Assembly: GCA_007693605.1 (NCBI GenBank)
Contig: REDG01000021.1
Location: forward strand, 1 to 42,721
Origin: Bradymonadales bacterium
GTDB lineage: Bacteria > Bdellovibrionota > UBA2394
Length of the DNA: 42,721 nt
Reading direction: 5' to 3'
Shown here: positions 9,890 through 19,279 of the stretch, piece by piece
Numbering within the stretch: position 1 is the first letter of the stretch
Layout of the letters: each line of letters opens with the position of its first letter
Position numbers and translations under genes: made by a program
Notes under the pieces: model-generated
What the model saw: only the letters and a program-made list of their open reading frames with translations
What the model was told of the DNA's origin: nothing
The model's database searches: none

Positions 9890-11893
9890 TTGCAAACGCC
9901 AGAATCGAAATCTCAAATTTTGACCCCAGGGCATCTAGAGGAGCTTCTCTCGCACCTAGAGGCCTGCCTGTGGCAAAAACAGGCTGTAGATGGCCATTGG
10001 CACTACCCCCTCGATGACTCTGTGACGATGAATGCGGAGTATATTTTCTTTCTGTTTTGGATGAATCTGGACGAGAAGGATCTGATTCAGAGGCTCGCAA
10101 ACTTCCTCTTGCAGCAGCAGAATGAGGACGGAAGTTGGTCTCTCTATTATGGCGGCTCTCCTCATCTCAGCAGCAGCGTAGAAGCTTATCTTGCTCTTCG
10201 CTTGGCGGGATTCTCAAAAGAAGACCCAAGAATGTTGAAGGCGGCCCAGGCCATTCGAAGCGAGGGAGGCCCTCCGCGATCTCGAGTTTTTACGAAGATT
10301 TGGCTAGCACTGTTTGAACTCCATCCCTGGGATGGAGTCCCCATGATTCCTCCTGAGATCTTGTTGAATCCAAAGGGAAGTCCCTTTCACATCTTAGAGT
10401 TTAGCTATTGGTCGCGTTCCGTTATCATTCCTTTGACGATTCTTTTTCACATCAAGAAAACTTACGGAGTGAATTTTGATCTCTCTGAACTCTACCCGAG
10501 CAAAGACTCTGAGCAAGATCTTGGCTATGCGCCCGTGATTCCGGTGGATGAGAGCTGGATTCACAAGTCTTATCAACAAAGTCTTCAGTGGATAAAGTGG
10601 GATTCTCTTTTCTTTGGATTGAATCGGGCCTTTAATTTTTATGAAACCGGCCTGACCGTGAAACCTTTTCGTCAACTTGCCGTTCAGAAAGCAAAGACTT
10701 GGATTTTGGAGCATCAAGATGAATCCGGAGATTGGGGCGGCATTATGCCCGCCATTATGAATTCCCTGATGGCGCTGCGGGCTTTGGGCGAGGAGCTCGA
10801 TAGCGCACCAATCGCCAAGGGTCTTCAGGCTCTGAAACGACTATGTCGGGGAGAGAGTGATTCAATCCGAAGCCATGCACACGAGTCTGAAGAAACGGTC
10901 TGCCTCCAGTCTTGCGTTTCTCCTGTTTGGGATACGGCCCTGGCGACTCTTGCCCTTCTTGAAAGTGGAGTGAAGCCCACAGACCCCCGCCTTCAACGAG
11001 CGAAGAGCTGGCTATGGTCACAAAGGATCACGCGAAAAGGGGATTGGATTCACAAGTCTTTGATCTCTCCTCATGAGCCGACGGCCGCCTGGTGTTTTCA
11101 GTATCATAACGATTTTTTTCCTGATCTGGATGATACGGCTTTAGTGATTTTTGTCTTGCACCGCCTGGGAATGGGTCTCGAAGAACTGGAACCCGCCCTT
11201 CGCTTCGTGTTTGGAATGCAGAACCGAGATGGAGGTTGGGGAACTTTTGATCGCGAGAACACTCAGTGGATTCTGAACGAGATCCCCTTTGCGGATCTCC
11301 GTTCGCTCATTGACCCTTCAAACCCCGATGTCACGGGTCATTTGTTGGAAGCTCTTGGCGGACTGGGGCTCTCTGACCGCCGAGAGGTTCGCGCAGCCGT
11401 GAAGTATTTGAAGTCCTGCCAGCGGCCTGGAGGCTCCTGGTATGGTCGCTGGGGAGTGAATTTGTTGTATGGAACTTGCGCGGCGACGGTTGGGCTGCGA
11501 GCGGTTGGAGAGGCTCAAGATTCAGAGTGTCTTCAACGGGCGGCTGAGTTTGTATTGAAACAGCAGAATCCTGACGGGGGCTGGGGCGAAGACTGCGACA
11601 ACTACCTGCCCGAGACGCAGAGGGCTGAGGGCAAATCAACTCCCAGTCAAACCGCCTGGGCTCTTATGTCTTTAGAGGCTTGCGGCTTTCAGGACAGAGA
11701 GAGAAAGGAAGCGGTTGATCGAGGAATTGAGTTTCTAAAGAGTCGCCAGATTGAAGACGGACTCTTAGAGCCCGAGTTTACGGGCACAGGCTTTCCGAGA
11801 CACTTCTACCTTCGCTACGACGGCTATCGGCTCTACTTCCCCCTGATCGCCCTCGGACGAATCCAGTCGAGTTCGAATTCAAGTTCCTCCTGA
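9890..11893 (+). CDS. shc: Squalene-hopene cyclase
   Basis: DxDD motif (FPDLDDTA), QW repeats (QNEDGSW, QNRDGGW, QRPGGSW, QNPDGGW) and GTGFPRHFYLRY. TTG start. Confidence 0.93.
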   Translation: MQTPESKSQILTPGHLEELLSHLEACLWQKQAVDGHWHYPLDDSVTMNAEYIFFLFWMNLDEKDLIQRLANFLLQQQNEDGSWSLYYGGSPHLSSSVEAYLALRLAGFSKEDPRMLKAAQAIRSEGGPPRSRVFTKIWLALFELHPWDGVPMIPPEILLNPKGSPFHILEFSYWSRSVIIPLTILFHIKKTYGVNFDLSELYPSKDSEQDLGYAPVIPVDESWIHKSYQQSLQWIKWDSLFFGLNRAFNFYETGLTVKPFRQLAVQKAKTWILEHQDESGDWGGIMPAIMNSLMALRALGEELDSAPIAKGLQALKRLCRGESDSIRSHAHESEETVCLQSCVSPVWDTALATLALLESGVKPTDPRLQRAKSWLWSQRITRKGDWIHKSLISPHEPTAAWCFQYHNDFFPDLDDTALVIFVLHRLGMGLEELEPALRFVFGMQNRDGGWGTFDRENTQWILNEIPFADLRSLIDPSNPDVTGHLLEALGGLGLSDRREVRAAVKYLKSCQRPGGSWYGRWGVNLLYGTCAATVGLRAVGEAQDSECLQRAAEFVLKQQNPDGGWGEDCDNYLPETQRAEGKSTPSQTAWALMSLEACGFQDRERKEAVDRGIEFLKSRQIEDGLLEPEFTGTGFPRHFYLRYDGYRLYFPLIALGRIQSSSNSSSS

Positions 11894-11998
11894 TTTTTTG
11901 GACCACAATTTAAGCGCCCCAATCCACTATAGGGGCGTAGCGGAAGTTTGTTTCGCTATGAATTCACTCGTGAACCCATGTCTTTCCAGTCCATTCCA

Positions 11999-14347
11999 CT
12001 AGTTGTTAGGCCCCTGTTCGGGCTCGCCCCCATACTGATCAAAATCTCCACTGTCCGGTGAGTTCTGGGGCACCACGTGAGGGTAGCCCTCAGGATAGAA
12101 GTTCTTGCTTTGCCGCGATCGAGAGTCCTCCCGAAACCAAGCGTCTTGCCATGTCAGCAGTTGAATCTCTGCGTGAGGGCCGACGATTGCCAGCGACTGG
12201 ACCCAACTACTCAGTCCTTCGAGAGCATAAGGAAGTTTTAGCAAAGTAAAGGTCCCCACATTCACGATACGATGATCTCTCTCGACGGTATGGGTGTGAC
12301 CAAAGACCATCGCGTCGACACCTTTTCGAAAGCTTGCAACCGAACCCTTCGCTCCATTCGCGCCCACATGGCCGTGTAAGCCAAGCTCCACCTCTCGACC
12401 GGGCGGTCCCACCTGATAGGTTTCGCCTCGATTCAGAAAGCGCATCTGGGCCTTTGCCTCTTCATTTAGAAACTTATTCAGTCCTGCATGAAGCGGATCG
12501 AGGGCCCCGACTCGATCTTCCGGGGCTCTCTTTTGATCCTTTAGAAAATCCACAAAGACGACCGTCAGCTCCGCTCCAATTCGAATGTTCTGTGGCTCAT
12601 CAATGAAACGACCGTCGTTGAGGTAACGATGCAGCATATTGTCATGATTGGAGTGAACCACCACGATTTCAGCCCCATGAGAAATGCTGGTGAGCCAGTT
12701 CACAAATTCAGCAGCCTCCCTAATCTCATCTTCCAGATTGAATTTTCCTTCTTCAGCCAATACCGCTCGATTCATTTTTCGGTTGGCATCGTGTGGGCTA
12801 ATCGAAAAGGCACTAAAAAGATCGTGCAGCACAATGCGCTTAGGCCGTAGAAGCTTGATCAGTTTGGGCAGGCTCTCCAAGAGCTTCGGATCTGTTTCTC
12901 CGACATGGATATCTCCTAAGACAAGGGCCTCAGCTTGAATCTCATAACTTCCAGTCGCCGTATAGAACCGATTGAGATCTGTGAAGCCTTGAGCCTCAGC
13001 CACATATTCAATATGTCTGGCAAAGAAATGCCCCTGATCTTCGGCCTTGCCGGAAGCCGCTCGTTTGGTATTGGCTTCAATCAAGATGGCGCCAATGACA
13101 TGATCATGGGTGGCAATTTTCGCCACTCGGTCTTGAATCAATTTCTTGCCCGCATATCGCCCCACCGTAATCGAGCCCGTGGTCCAGTTCATATGGGGTC
13201 GTTTATCATTGTGTAGCGTGGGAGTTGTTGTGAGCATCATCTTCGGAGATCCAAAAATTTGAGACTCTCCACGGCGACCCATCCTCTGAAGACCTGTTAA
13301 TGATTTGATCTGTCGATCGATGATCTTCGTGTCGTTTAGGGTGAGATAAGGGGTCAACTTATGGGTATGAGTCACTACATGAACTCTCGGATGATTCAAC
13401 AGAGCGGAATCAAGCCCAGTGGTCACCAAGTTTACGGGGCGCACCAGAATCGGAAGATCTTTCTCTTCTGCCATACGAAGCAAAGCGGCAAAGGCCTCAG
13501 CCACCACCGGCTTTCCTGCTGTGGCAGAAGTCAGAATGGCGCCTCCCTTCTTGACAAGCTCTGCCAGTGCAGCCTCCTCTCTTTCAATTCCAAAGAACTC
13601 CGTGTCGATGACGGACTTAAAGCTGTTGGGGTTTTTCTTGAAGGCCTTTTCTTTTAGATCCGGCCAATCGGTAAAGAGAACCTGAGAGGCCAGAAGCTCA
13701 TGAAAATCCCCCATTGAAATGCCGAGCACTTCGGCCGTCTCTTGAGCGGTCGGCGTCCGCCCGGTCTCTCTGGCAATCCTCGTGTAGGCCGTCAGAACTT
13801 TGTTCCCAATCACCTCAAGATCACGGGCTCTATCCGAAGCCAAAATCTCCCAAAGGGAGTGGCCTGAAAACAGAGCAGTCTGAAGAAATTCTAGGCCTTC
13901 TCCGACGAGCGCCAGTTGCTCTTCCTCTGTGGGCTCTCGCAGCTCTTGCTTCATGAACTTCGCAAGCTCCCCGATGATTCTCTTCTCCAAAGATCCTAAA
14001 ATCTCAGGAAAGGATTCATAGCCAGAAAGAAAAAGCTCTTCGAGATTCTTCGGAGTCGTCTTGCTTGAAAAATATCGCTTGAGGGCGGCCTGCGACACCC
14101 CATTGTGTTCTGCAAACTCTTTGAGGCTGGGTAGACGAGAATTCTTTGCTACCCATTTCAGCAAAGCCTCTTCGAGAACTGTCGTTTGATCAAACAGCAG
14201 TTCCCGGCTGACTCCGGCCCTCTCCCCAAGCTCCTCTAGGCCCACGCGGCACTTCGCTTCCAAATGAAGCTCTACAGAAGAAATGAAGAGGCTTCCCAAA
14301 AGAAGCCCAAGCCGAAGCCATTTCAAGCAAACTTTAAATGATCCCAC
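11999..14347 (-). CDS. Predicted exported calcineurin-like metallophosphoesterase/nuclease, phage T5 A1-like, with N-terminal HTH-like repeats
   Basis: GTG start with GGAGG at 14356-14360 and a signal-peptide-like N-terminus. Metallophosphoesterase motifs are GDIH (12905-12916), HD, SNHD (12641-12652), HGH and GHTH (12290-12301). A1-like blocks include ILTSA, TTGSIT, HDHVIGA, FFARH, FTDL, HGHVGANGAKGS and SSW. Confidence 0.75.
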   Translation of the reverse strand: MGSFKVCLKWLRLGLLLGSLFISSVELHLEAKCRVGLEELGERAGVSRELLFDQTTVLEEALLKWVAKNSRLPSLKEFAEHNGVSQAALKRYFSSKTTPKNLEELFLSGYESFPEILGSLEKRIIGELAKFMKQELREPTEEEQLALVGEGLEFLQTALFSGHSLWEILASDRARDLEVIGNKVLTAYTRIARETGRTPTAQETAEVLGISMGDFHELLASQVLFTDWPDLKEKAFKKNPNSFKSVIDTEFFGIEREEAALAELVKKGGAILTSATAGKPVVAEAFAALLRMAEEKDLPILVRPVNLVTTGLDSALLNHPRVHVVTHTHKLTPYLTLNDTKIIDRQIKSLTGLQRMGRRGESQIFGSPKMMLTTTPTLHNDKRPHMNWTTGSITVGRYAGKKLIQDRVAKIATHDHVIGAILIEANTKRAASGKAEDQGHFFARHIEYVAEAQGFTDLNRFYTATGSYEIQAEALVLGDIHVGETDPKLLESLPKLIKLLRPKRIVLHDLFSAFSISPHDANRKMNRAVLAEEGKFNLEDEIREAAEFVNWLTSISHGAEIVVVHSNHDNMLHRYLNDGRFIDEPQNIRIGAELTVVFVDFLKDQKRAPEDRVGALDPLHAGLNKFLNEEAKAQMRFLNRGETYQVGPPGREVELGLHGHVGANGAKGSVASFRKGVDAMVFGHTHTVERDHRIVNVGTFTLLKLPYALEGLSSWVQSLAIVGPHAEIQLLTWQDAWFREDSRSRQSKNFYPEGYPHVVPQNSPDSGDFDQYGGEPEQGPNN

Positions 14348-14534
14348 AAGTAGCCCCTCCCGATAGAATACAGAGGAGCTATATTGAGAGGCTCAGAAGT
14401 CCCCCCACAATCACTGTCCCAAAAAAGAAATCTTCGCTCCCCTTGCATTCCGATTCCTGCAAACAGTTCATCGAAGGAGACCGCGGCGTGTCAACGCTTT
14501 GATTCCAAGGCCCGGAAACTTTACCCAAAATAAA

Positions 14535-14567
14535 CAAAGCCCGTAACGCGGTGCGCAACGGGCTTTG
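14535..14567 (-). terminator. Intrinsic terminator (possibly bidirectional)
   Basis: 10-bp stem CAAAGCCCGT/ACGGGCTTTG with T-rich tails on both strands, 30 bp past the stop of the 14598-15140 gene. Confidence 0.75.
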
Positions 14568-14597
14568 CTTTCTTTCGAATCTCGGTTGTCTTATGGA

Positions 14598-15140
14598 TTA
14601 GAAATAATAACGAAGTCCAACATCTCCAAACATCGACTGAGTAAAGCCAATCCCCGATTTTTTCACTAAATCAATCGTGATTCCGGCTGAACTTTGAATC
14701 GCAAAATGGTTGTCACGAAACGGAAAGATTTCGAAACCAAAATAAGGCAGCTGCAAAACCACTCCCGTTTCAACATCGCTTCCGCTCTTCAAAAAGAAAC
14801 TCCCTTGAACAAAGAGATTCAGATGCTCCCAAAATCGAGAGTCTCTGACAATCAGTCGGTGAATGTCGTAACGAAAGCTGGGCCCGACAAGAAATTGACG
14901 AAAGTTGCGGGTCATCCCAAAAAAAGCCTCAACCTGCATATCTTTAGCGATTCCGTAAGAAGCGGAAACTCCGTGAATCTGCTGAGCCCCCAACCAGTCA
15001 CCATTACTGGTCACAAAGCCGTTGGTGAAGACCTGCTTGTAGCCGCCACTAATTTTATAAGAAAGGTCTCGCGCATCCAGCTGAACAGCAAAGATTCCGA
15101 GACCAAAAAAAAGGATAAAGAAACGAGAAGATATTTTCAT
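14598..15140 (-). CDS. Small outer-membrane beta-barrel protein
   Basis: Signal peptide, about 8 amphipathic strands and C-terminal GLRYYF (Bam signal with terminal Phe). Confidence 0.7.
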   Translation of the reverse strand: MKISSRFFILFFGLGIFAVQLDARDLSYKISGGYKQVFTNGFVTSNGDWLGAQQIHGVSASYGIAKDMQVEAFFGMTRNFRQFLVGPSFRYDIHRLIVRDSRFWEHLNLFVQGSFFLKSGSDVETGVVLQLPYFGFEIFPFRDNHFAIQSSAGITIDLVKKSGIGFTQSMFGDVGLRYYF

Positions 15141-15173
15141 TCCTCATTCTCTACAGCAGAACGAAACAAGAAA

Positions 15174-16583
15174 TCAACTCTTCATGGTGAGACTAATCAA
15201 ATCTTTAGTTAGGCCATCAAAACTTCCGTTCGATAGTACAAGTATAATGATCGGATCTTGAAGCTTCAGAATTTGTCGTTTTGTTTCTTCGAGCATTTCA
15301 GCCTTCGTCATGGGGCCATAGGCCTGTCGACCTGAAAGCTTTAAGTCAGAAACCAGACGAGGCACATCTAAACAATCCTCAGGATCCAAGACTTCCTTTC
15401 GAAAGACCTCAGGCAAAAAAACGAAATCCGCCTTTTCAAAGGCCCTCACAAATTCTGTCTGAAAGATAGCTCGCCGAGTGGTATTCGATCGAGGCTCGAA
15501 ATAAACCATGATCTTGGCTTCTGGGCTTCTCAAGCGAAAACCCTGAATCACTTCTCGCACGGCGGTCGGATGATGGGCAAAGTCATCGATCACTTCGACC
15601 TTGCTCGTCTGATAAACCCGCTCTTGCCTTCGCTTTAGGCCTTCGAAGCGCTTGAGAGCCTGGCTTAGGCTCTCAAAACTCAATCCCGTCGAGTGGGCCG
15701 CCAACAAAGCCGCCGAAAAATTGAGCGCATTGAAGCTCCCCATCTGTGAAGAACTAAAGCTCTGATCGCCTAAGACAAAACTCATTCCCTCCGCTGACTG
15801 CTCAAAGCTCCTTAAGCAAAAGTCAGCGCCTGGATGAAAGCCGTAAGACCATGTCGGCACAGAAGGGGCAGAGCCCTCAACGAGCTCATGAATTCGTTCA
15901 GAGTCTCGACAGTAAATCAATCGACCGTCTGAGGGAATGAGCTCAACGAACTTCAAAAACATTTGCTCGATTCGATCCATCGAAGAAAAGATATCGGCAT
16001 GATCAAACTCTAAAGAAGTCCAGATTCCTACCTTGGGTCGATAGTGTAAGAACTTTGATTCCTTGTCAAAAAAGGCGGTGTCATATTCATCCCCCTCCAA
16101 AACAAAATGACGCCCTTCCCCAACCTGAAAGCTGCGACGAAAGTTTTTAGCCACTGCTCCGATGAAAAAACTCGGGCTCAATTCCAACTCATTCAAAAGA
16201 AAGGCCAGACAAGTGGCCGTCGTGGATTTTCCGTGCGTCCCGACGACGACAAGGTTCTCTGTCTCTTGCAAAAAGAAGTCTTCTAAACAGCTTGGCAAAG
16301 AGCCGTAAGGAATCCCTGTCTTTAAGACGAACTGCGCCTGAGGGTTGTCGGCTCGAACAAAGTTCCCAATGACCACATAATCCGGCTGAAACTTCTGAAG
16401 GTCTTTGACATCGTACTCAAGCTTCACAGGAACTTGCAGCTCCTCTAAAAGCTCCTTCACTGGAGAGTAGGAGTTGATGTCAGAACCGGCGACCACACAG
16501 CCCCTCTCTTTCAGGAGCCCTGCTAGTGCGCTCATTCCTGTTCCACAAACGGCGATCAAATAAACTCTCGCTCCAGGTCTCAT
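15174..16583 (-). CDS. mpl: Murein peptide ligase (UDP-MurNAc:L-Ala-gamma-D-Glu-mDAP ligase)
   Basis: Motifs IAVCGTGMSALA, GTHGKSTT, EGDEYDTAFFDKESKFLHY, DDFAHHPTA, FEPRSNT and SNGSF, which are Mpl-type rather than MurC-type. Confidence 0.92.
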   Translation of the reverse strand: MRPGARVYLIAVCGTGMSALAGLLKERGCVVAGSDINSYSPVKELLEELQVPVKLEYDVKDLQKFQPDYVVIGNFVRADNPQAQFVLKTGIPYGSLPSCLEDFFLQETENLVVVGTHGKSTTATCLAFLLNELELSPSFFIGAVAKNFRRSFQVGEGRHFVLEGDEYDTAFFDKESKFLHYRPKVGIWTSLEFDHADIFSSMDRIEQMFLKFVELIPSDGRLIYCRDSERIHELVEGSAPSVPTWSYGFHPGADFCLRSFEQSAEGMSFVLGDQSFSSSQMGSFNALNFSAALLAAHSTGLSFESLSQALKRFEGLKRRQERVYQTSKVEVIDDFAHHPTAVREVIQGFRLRSPEAKIMVYFEPRSNTTRRAIFQTEFVRAFEKADFVFLPEVFRKEVLDPEDCLDVPRLVSDLKLSGRQAYGPMTKAEMLEETKRQILKLQDPIIILVLSNGSFDGLTKDLISLTMKS

Positions 16584-17698
16584 AAAATCTCCCTCAAACG
16601 ATTGAAAACGGTCTCAGTCAACCAGTCATGAAACTGGGGGCGCAACCGACCCAAAGCGCTGGGATCAAGCTCAGGGAAATGTCGATGGCAGAGCAGGGTG
16701 ACTCGATAAGACTTCTCGAAATCAACCCAAAGACTGCTGCCGGTGTAGCCCAGGTGGCCGAGACAGAACGGACCTGCCAACTCTCCAGCCTGTGAAGGCT
16801 GGGTGGGGCGATCCCATCCGAGAAGAAATCTTTGCGACTTATTGAAGTCGATATGCTCGCGCAAAACCCGATCGGAAAACAGAAGACCTTTGCCGTGGTA
16901 AGCCAAAAAAATCTCCTTGGCCCAGTTCTCTACGGCCCTGGCCTTTGCAAACAAACCGGCATGGCCCGCATCTCCTCCTAGCCAATGAGCTTTAGGATCT
17001 TGGGGGCTGCCACTCAAAAACTCCGATGAATTGTCGAGGCTCTGGCAAGGCCCAACAAAATCTGACTCAAAAAATCGGTGGAGAAAACTCCAGGGCAAGT
17101 CAATGGGTGCATAGCGAATCGAAAAAATCTGCCCCACTTGAGCGTCAAACAAATCTCTGAGCCTTTGCTGATGCAGCCTTTCGAGGATGAGGCCTAAAAT
17201 CATATAACCCACATCTGAATACAGAGTCTCTCCGTAAGCGGTACGAGGCATCTCATCCACCTGACTCAAAAAGTATCGAACGCGTGCTTCTCGCTCGACA
17301 GGCTGTTCTCGAATATCTTCGAAAGTCGCAGGCAGGCCTGACTGATGCTCAAGCAAATCCCGCAGGCTTCGGTCCTTTAGGTCTGACTTCAAGAAGGGCA
17401 AGAACTCGCCCACTCGCTGCTCAACCGACTGAAGGCTTCTCGATTGAAGCGCTAAACAGACCAATGAAAAAATCGAAATGATCTTAGTCAACGAGGCTAA
17501 ATCGAACCATGTCTGAGTGGTGACCGGTGGCCTGTCGGGCCCAAAGTCTCCGAGATAGTAGAGCCCCAAACATCGATCGCGATAACCTAAACAAAGCTGA
17601 AAACCGTGAGCGGCTCCGGCTCTCTTGAGGTCATCGAGCTTCATCAGAATTTGAGCGTCGAGCTCGGGGCCTAAGATTGAACCAACGGCCTCTGCCAC
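16580..17698 (-). CDS. Serine hydrolase, beta-lactamase/AmpH-like family
   Basis: SxxK (FDLASLTK), YxD (YSD), GHAGLF and GHLGYTG. Confidence 0.85.
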   Translation of the reverse strand: MAEAVGSILGPELDAQILMKLDDLKRAGAAHGFQLCLGYRDRCLGLYYLGDFGPDRPPVTTQTWFDLASLTKIISIFSLVCLALQSRSLQSVEQRVGEFLPFLKSDLKDRSLRDLLEHQSGLPATFEDIREQPVEREARVRYFLSQVDEMPRTAYGETLYSDVGYMILGLILERLHQQRLRDLFDAQVGQIFSIRYAPIDLPWSFLHRFFESDFVGPCQSLDNSSEFLSGSPQDPKAHWLGGDAGHAGLFAKARAVENWAKEIFLAYHGKGLLFSDRVLREHIDFNKSQRFLLGWDRPTQPSQAGELAGPFCLGHLGYTGSSLWVDFEKSYRVTLLCHRHFPELDPSALGRLRPQFHDWLTETVFNRLREIL

Positions 17699-18600
17699 CG
17701 AAACTCCTTTCCCTTCAGACGAAGCTTCATGCCGAGCGGCAAGAGCCTCTGGACCTTTAGACCGTGCCCAAACTGTGCCGCCTCAAGAATGGGCCCGTCG
17801 GGACAGAGCTGCTCCAAACTTTCTCGTATCCATTCCCAAGGAAAAGGATTCTTTTCGACTTTGCCACACTGATGGAAACTTCCCAAAACAATGCCTTTGA
17901 CGAAGCGAGAGTAGCCCGCATGAATCAAGGCCCAAATCATTCGATCGATTCGGTAGTGATACTCGTTGACATCCTCAAGGGCCAGAATGAGCTTCTCGCG
18001 AGGAAGCGCCGCCTCACCGCTGGTTTGAAGCATAGAAAGATTACCGCCCACGAGACGGCCCTCTGCTTGGCCCTTTCGAATGAGCCGACACTCCGACCAA
18101 ACCTCTGCCTTCCTGTCAGGTAAGCGAAGAACCTCTTCAATCATATTCACCAGCGCTGTCTTTGAAATTTGTCCGACCAAAGGCCCGTGAAAGCTCAGCC
18201 AGCCCAAGCGGTTAGAGAGCCACTGATGAAGAAAGCAGACATCGGAATAGCCCACAAAAATCTTCGGCCTCCACTTCTTTAAATTAAATTTGTGGAGATA
18301 GGGCAAAAGCCGCATCGAGCCGTAGCCTCCGCGACAACAAAACACGGCGTTGATTCCGGGCTCAGTCAGGGCCCAGTTCAACTCCTTGGCGCGATCTTCA
18401 TCCGCTGCTGAAAAAAAACGATGCCTCTTCTTTTTGCCAGGAAAGGTCGCGACAAAGAACCCTTCTTCTCGAAAAGCCTTCAAGCTGGCTTCATAGAAAT
18501 CTTCCTCTAAACGCGAGGCCGGCAAAATGAGAGCGACAGTGTCTCCCCTCTTCAGGGGTGGAGGCAAAATGAGCCTGGGTGGGTGGTGTTTAGAAGTCAT
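17671..18600 (-). CDS. ldcA: LD-carboxypeptidase (peptidase S66)
   Basis: RGGYGS, GYSD (catalytic Ser), GGNL, LEDV (Glu) and FGH (His). Likely start is ATG 18600 or 18612. Confidence 0.88.
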   Translation of the reverse strand: MTSKHHPPRLILPPPLKRGDTVALILPASRLEEDFYEASLKAFREEGFFVATFPGKKKRHRFFSAADEDRAKELNWALTEPGINAVFCCRGGYGSMRLLPYLHKFNLKKWRPKIFVGYSDVCFLHQWLSNRLGWLSFHGPLVGQISKTALVNMIEEVLRLPDRKAEVWSECRLIRKGQAEGRLVGGNLSMLQTSGEAALPREKLILALEDVNEYHYRIDRMIWALIHAGYSRFVKGIVLGSFHQCGKVEKNPFPWEWIRESLEQLCPDGPILEAAQFGHGLKVQRLLPLGMKLRLKGKEFRWQRPLVQS

Positions 18601-19279
18601 CGGGTATCTCATAAATATTAGGCATTTTTTCAGGTTGTGACTGAATGATCCAAAGGAAAATGAATAAGATGAGAAAAATGATGGCGATGACTCCAAACCA
18701 GTTAAAGGCCTGCCTTCGAAATCGTTTTGCTTTGGCCCTTAGCGCCTGCTGCCACTCTTCTTCGCTCACGGGCTCGACACTCGGCAGCCTTTCGAGAATT
18801 TGCTTTTGAAGCTTGCGATACTCCTTTAAGCGCCCATAACAGGCTTCGCACTGGTCGAGATGCTCTCGCATCTTCTTTAAACTCCCAAGAACTTCCCACT
18901 CCGAATCCATCCATTGGCTGAACTGCTGCTCCACCATAAAGCAAGAAAGTCCTCCAAAGTTTGGAACTTCTTCGGCTCCCTTGTTCGCGGGGGGATAGGG
19001 GCCCAAATGCCTCAACCTCGCCGTTCGCATCTGCTGCCCGACCTCCCTTTCCGAGAAGCCAAAGAGCCGCCCCAGATCGGCATAGCCAAGCGAGAACCAC
19101 AGCTTCAATTCGAGAATTTGCTCTAAGCCCCCTTCGAGCTCCCAAAGCCATTCCGAGAGCACGCCAAGAAGTTGATCTTCTTCAGCTGCAATTTCAATGA
19201 GTTGCTGCCTACGATCCTTTGCCCCCGGCTCTAAAGCAAGAAAAGGCCTCAGATAAATATTTAAGCTCTCTCGGTCCAT
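18590..19279 (-). CDS. Sigma-region-4-like HTH / zinc-finger anti-sigma (zf-HC2) / transmembrane protein
   Basis: HTH-like segment LGYADLGRLFGFSEREVGQQMRTAR, ZAS motif HLDQCEAC (HxxxCxxC) and a C-terminal TM helix. Confidence 0.6.
   Translation of the reverse strand: MDRESLNIYLRPFLALEPGAKDRRQQLIEIAAEEDQLLGVLSEWLWELEGGLEQILELKLWFSLGYADLGRLFGFSEREVGQQMRTARLRHLGPYPPANKGAEEVPNFGGLSCFMVEQQFSQWMDSEWEVLGSLKKMREHLDQCEACYGRLKEYRKLQKQILERLPSVEPVSEEEWQQALRAKAKRFRRQAFNWFGVIAIIFLILFIFLWIIQSQPEKMPNIYEIPDDF

Noticed and set aside
11915..11937. Terminator between shc and the A1-like gene
   Set aside because: Only a 6-bp stem with an 11-nt loop and no convincing U-tract.
11999..14347. Prophage around the A1-like gene
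   Set aside because: No integrase, structural or replication genes and no att-like repeats were seen. The flanks are housekeeping genes.
14694..15212. 172-aa plus-strand ORF
   Set aside because: It is an antisense shadow of the beta-barrel gene, which has a clear signal peptide and terminal Phe.
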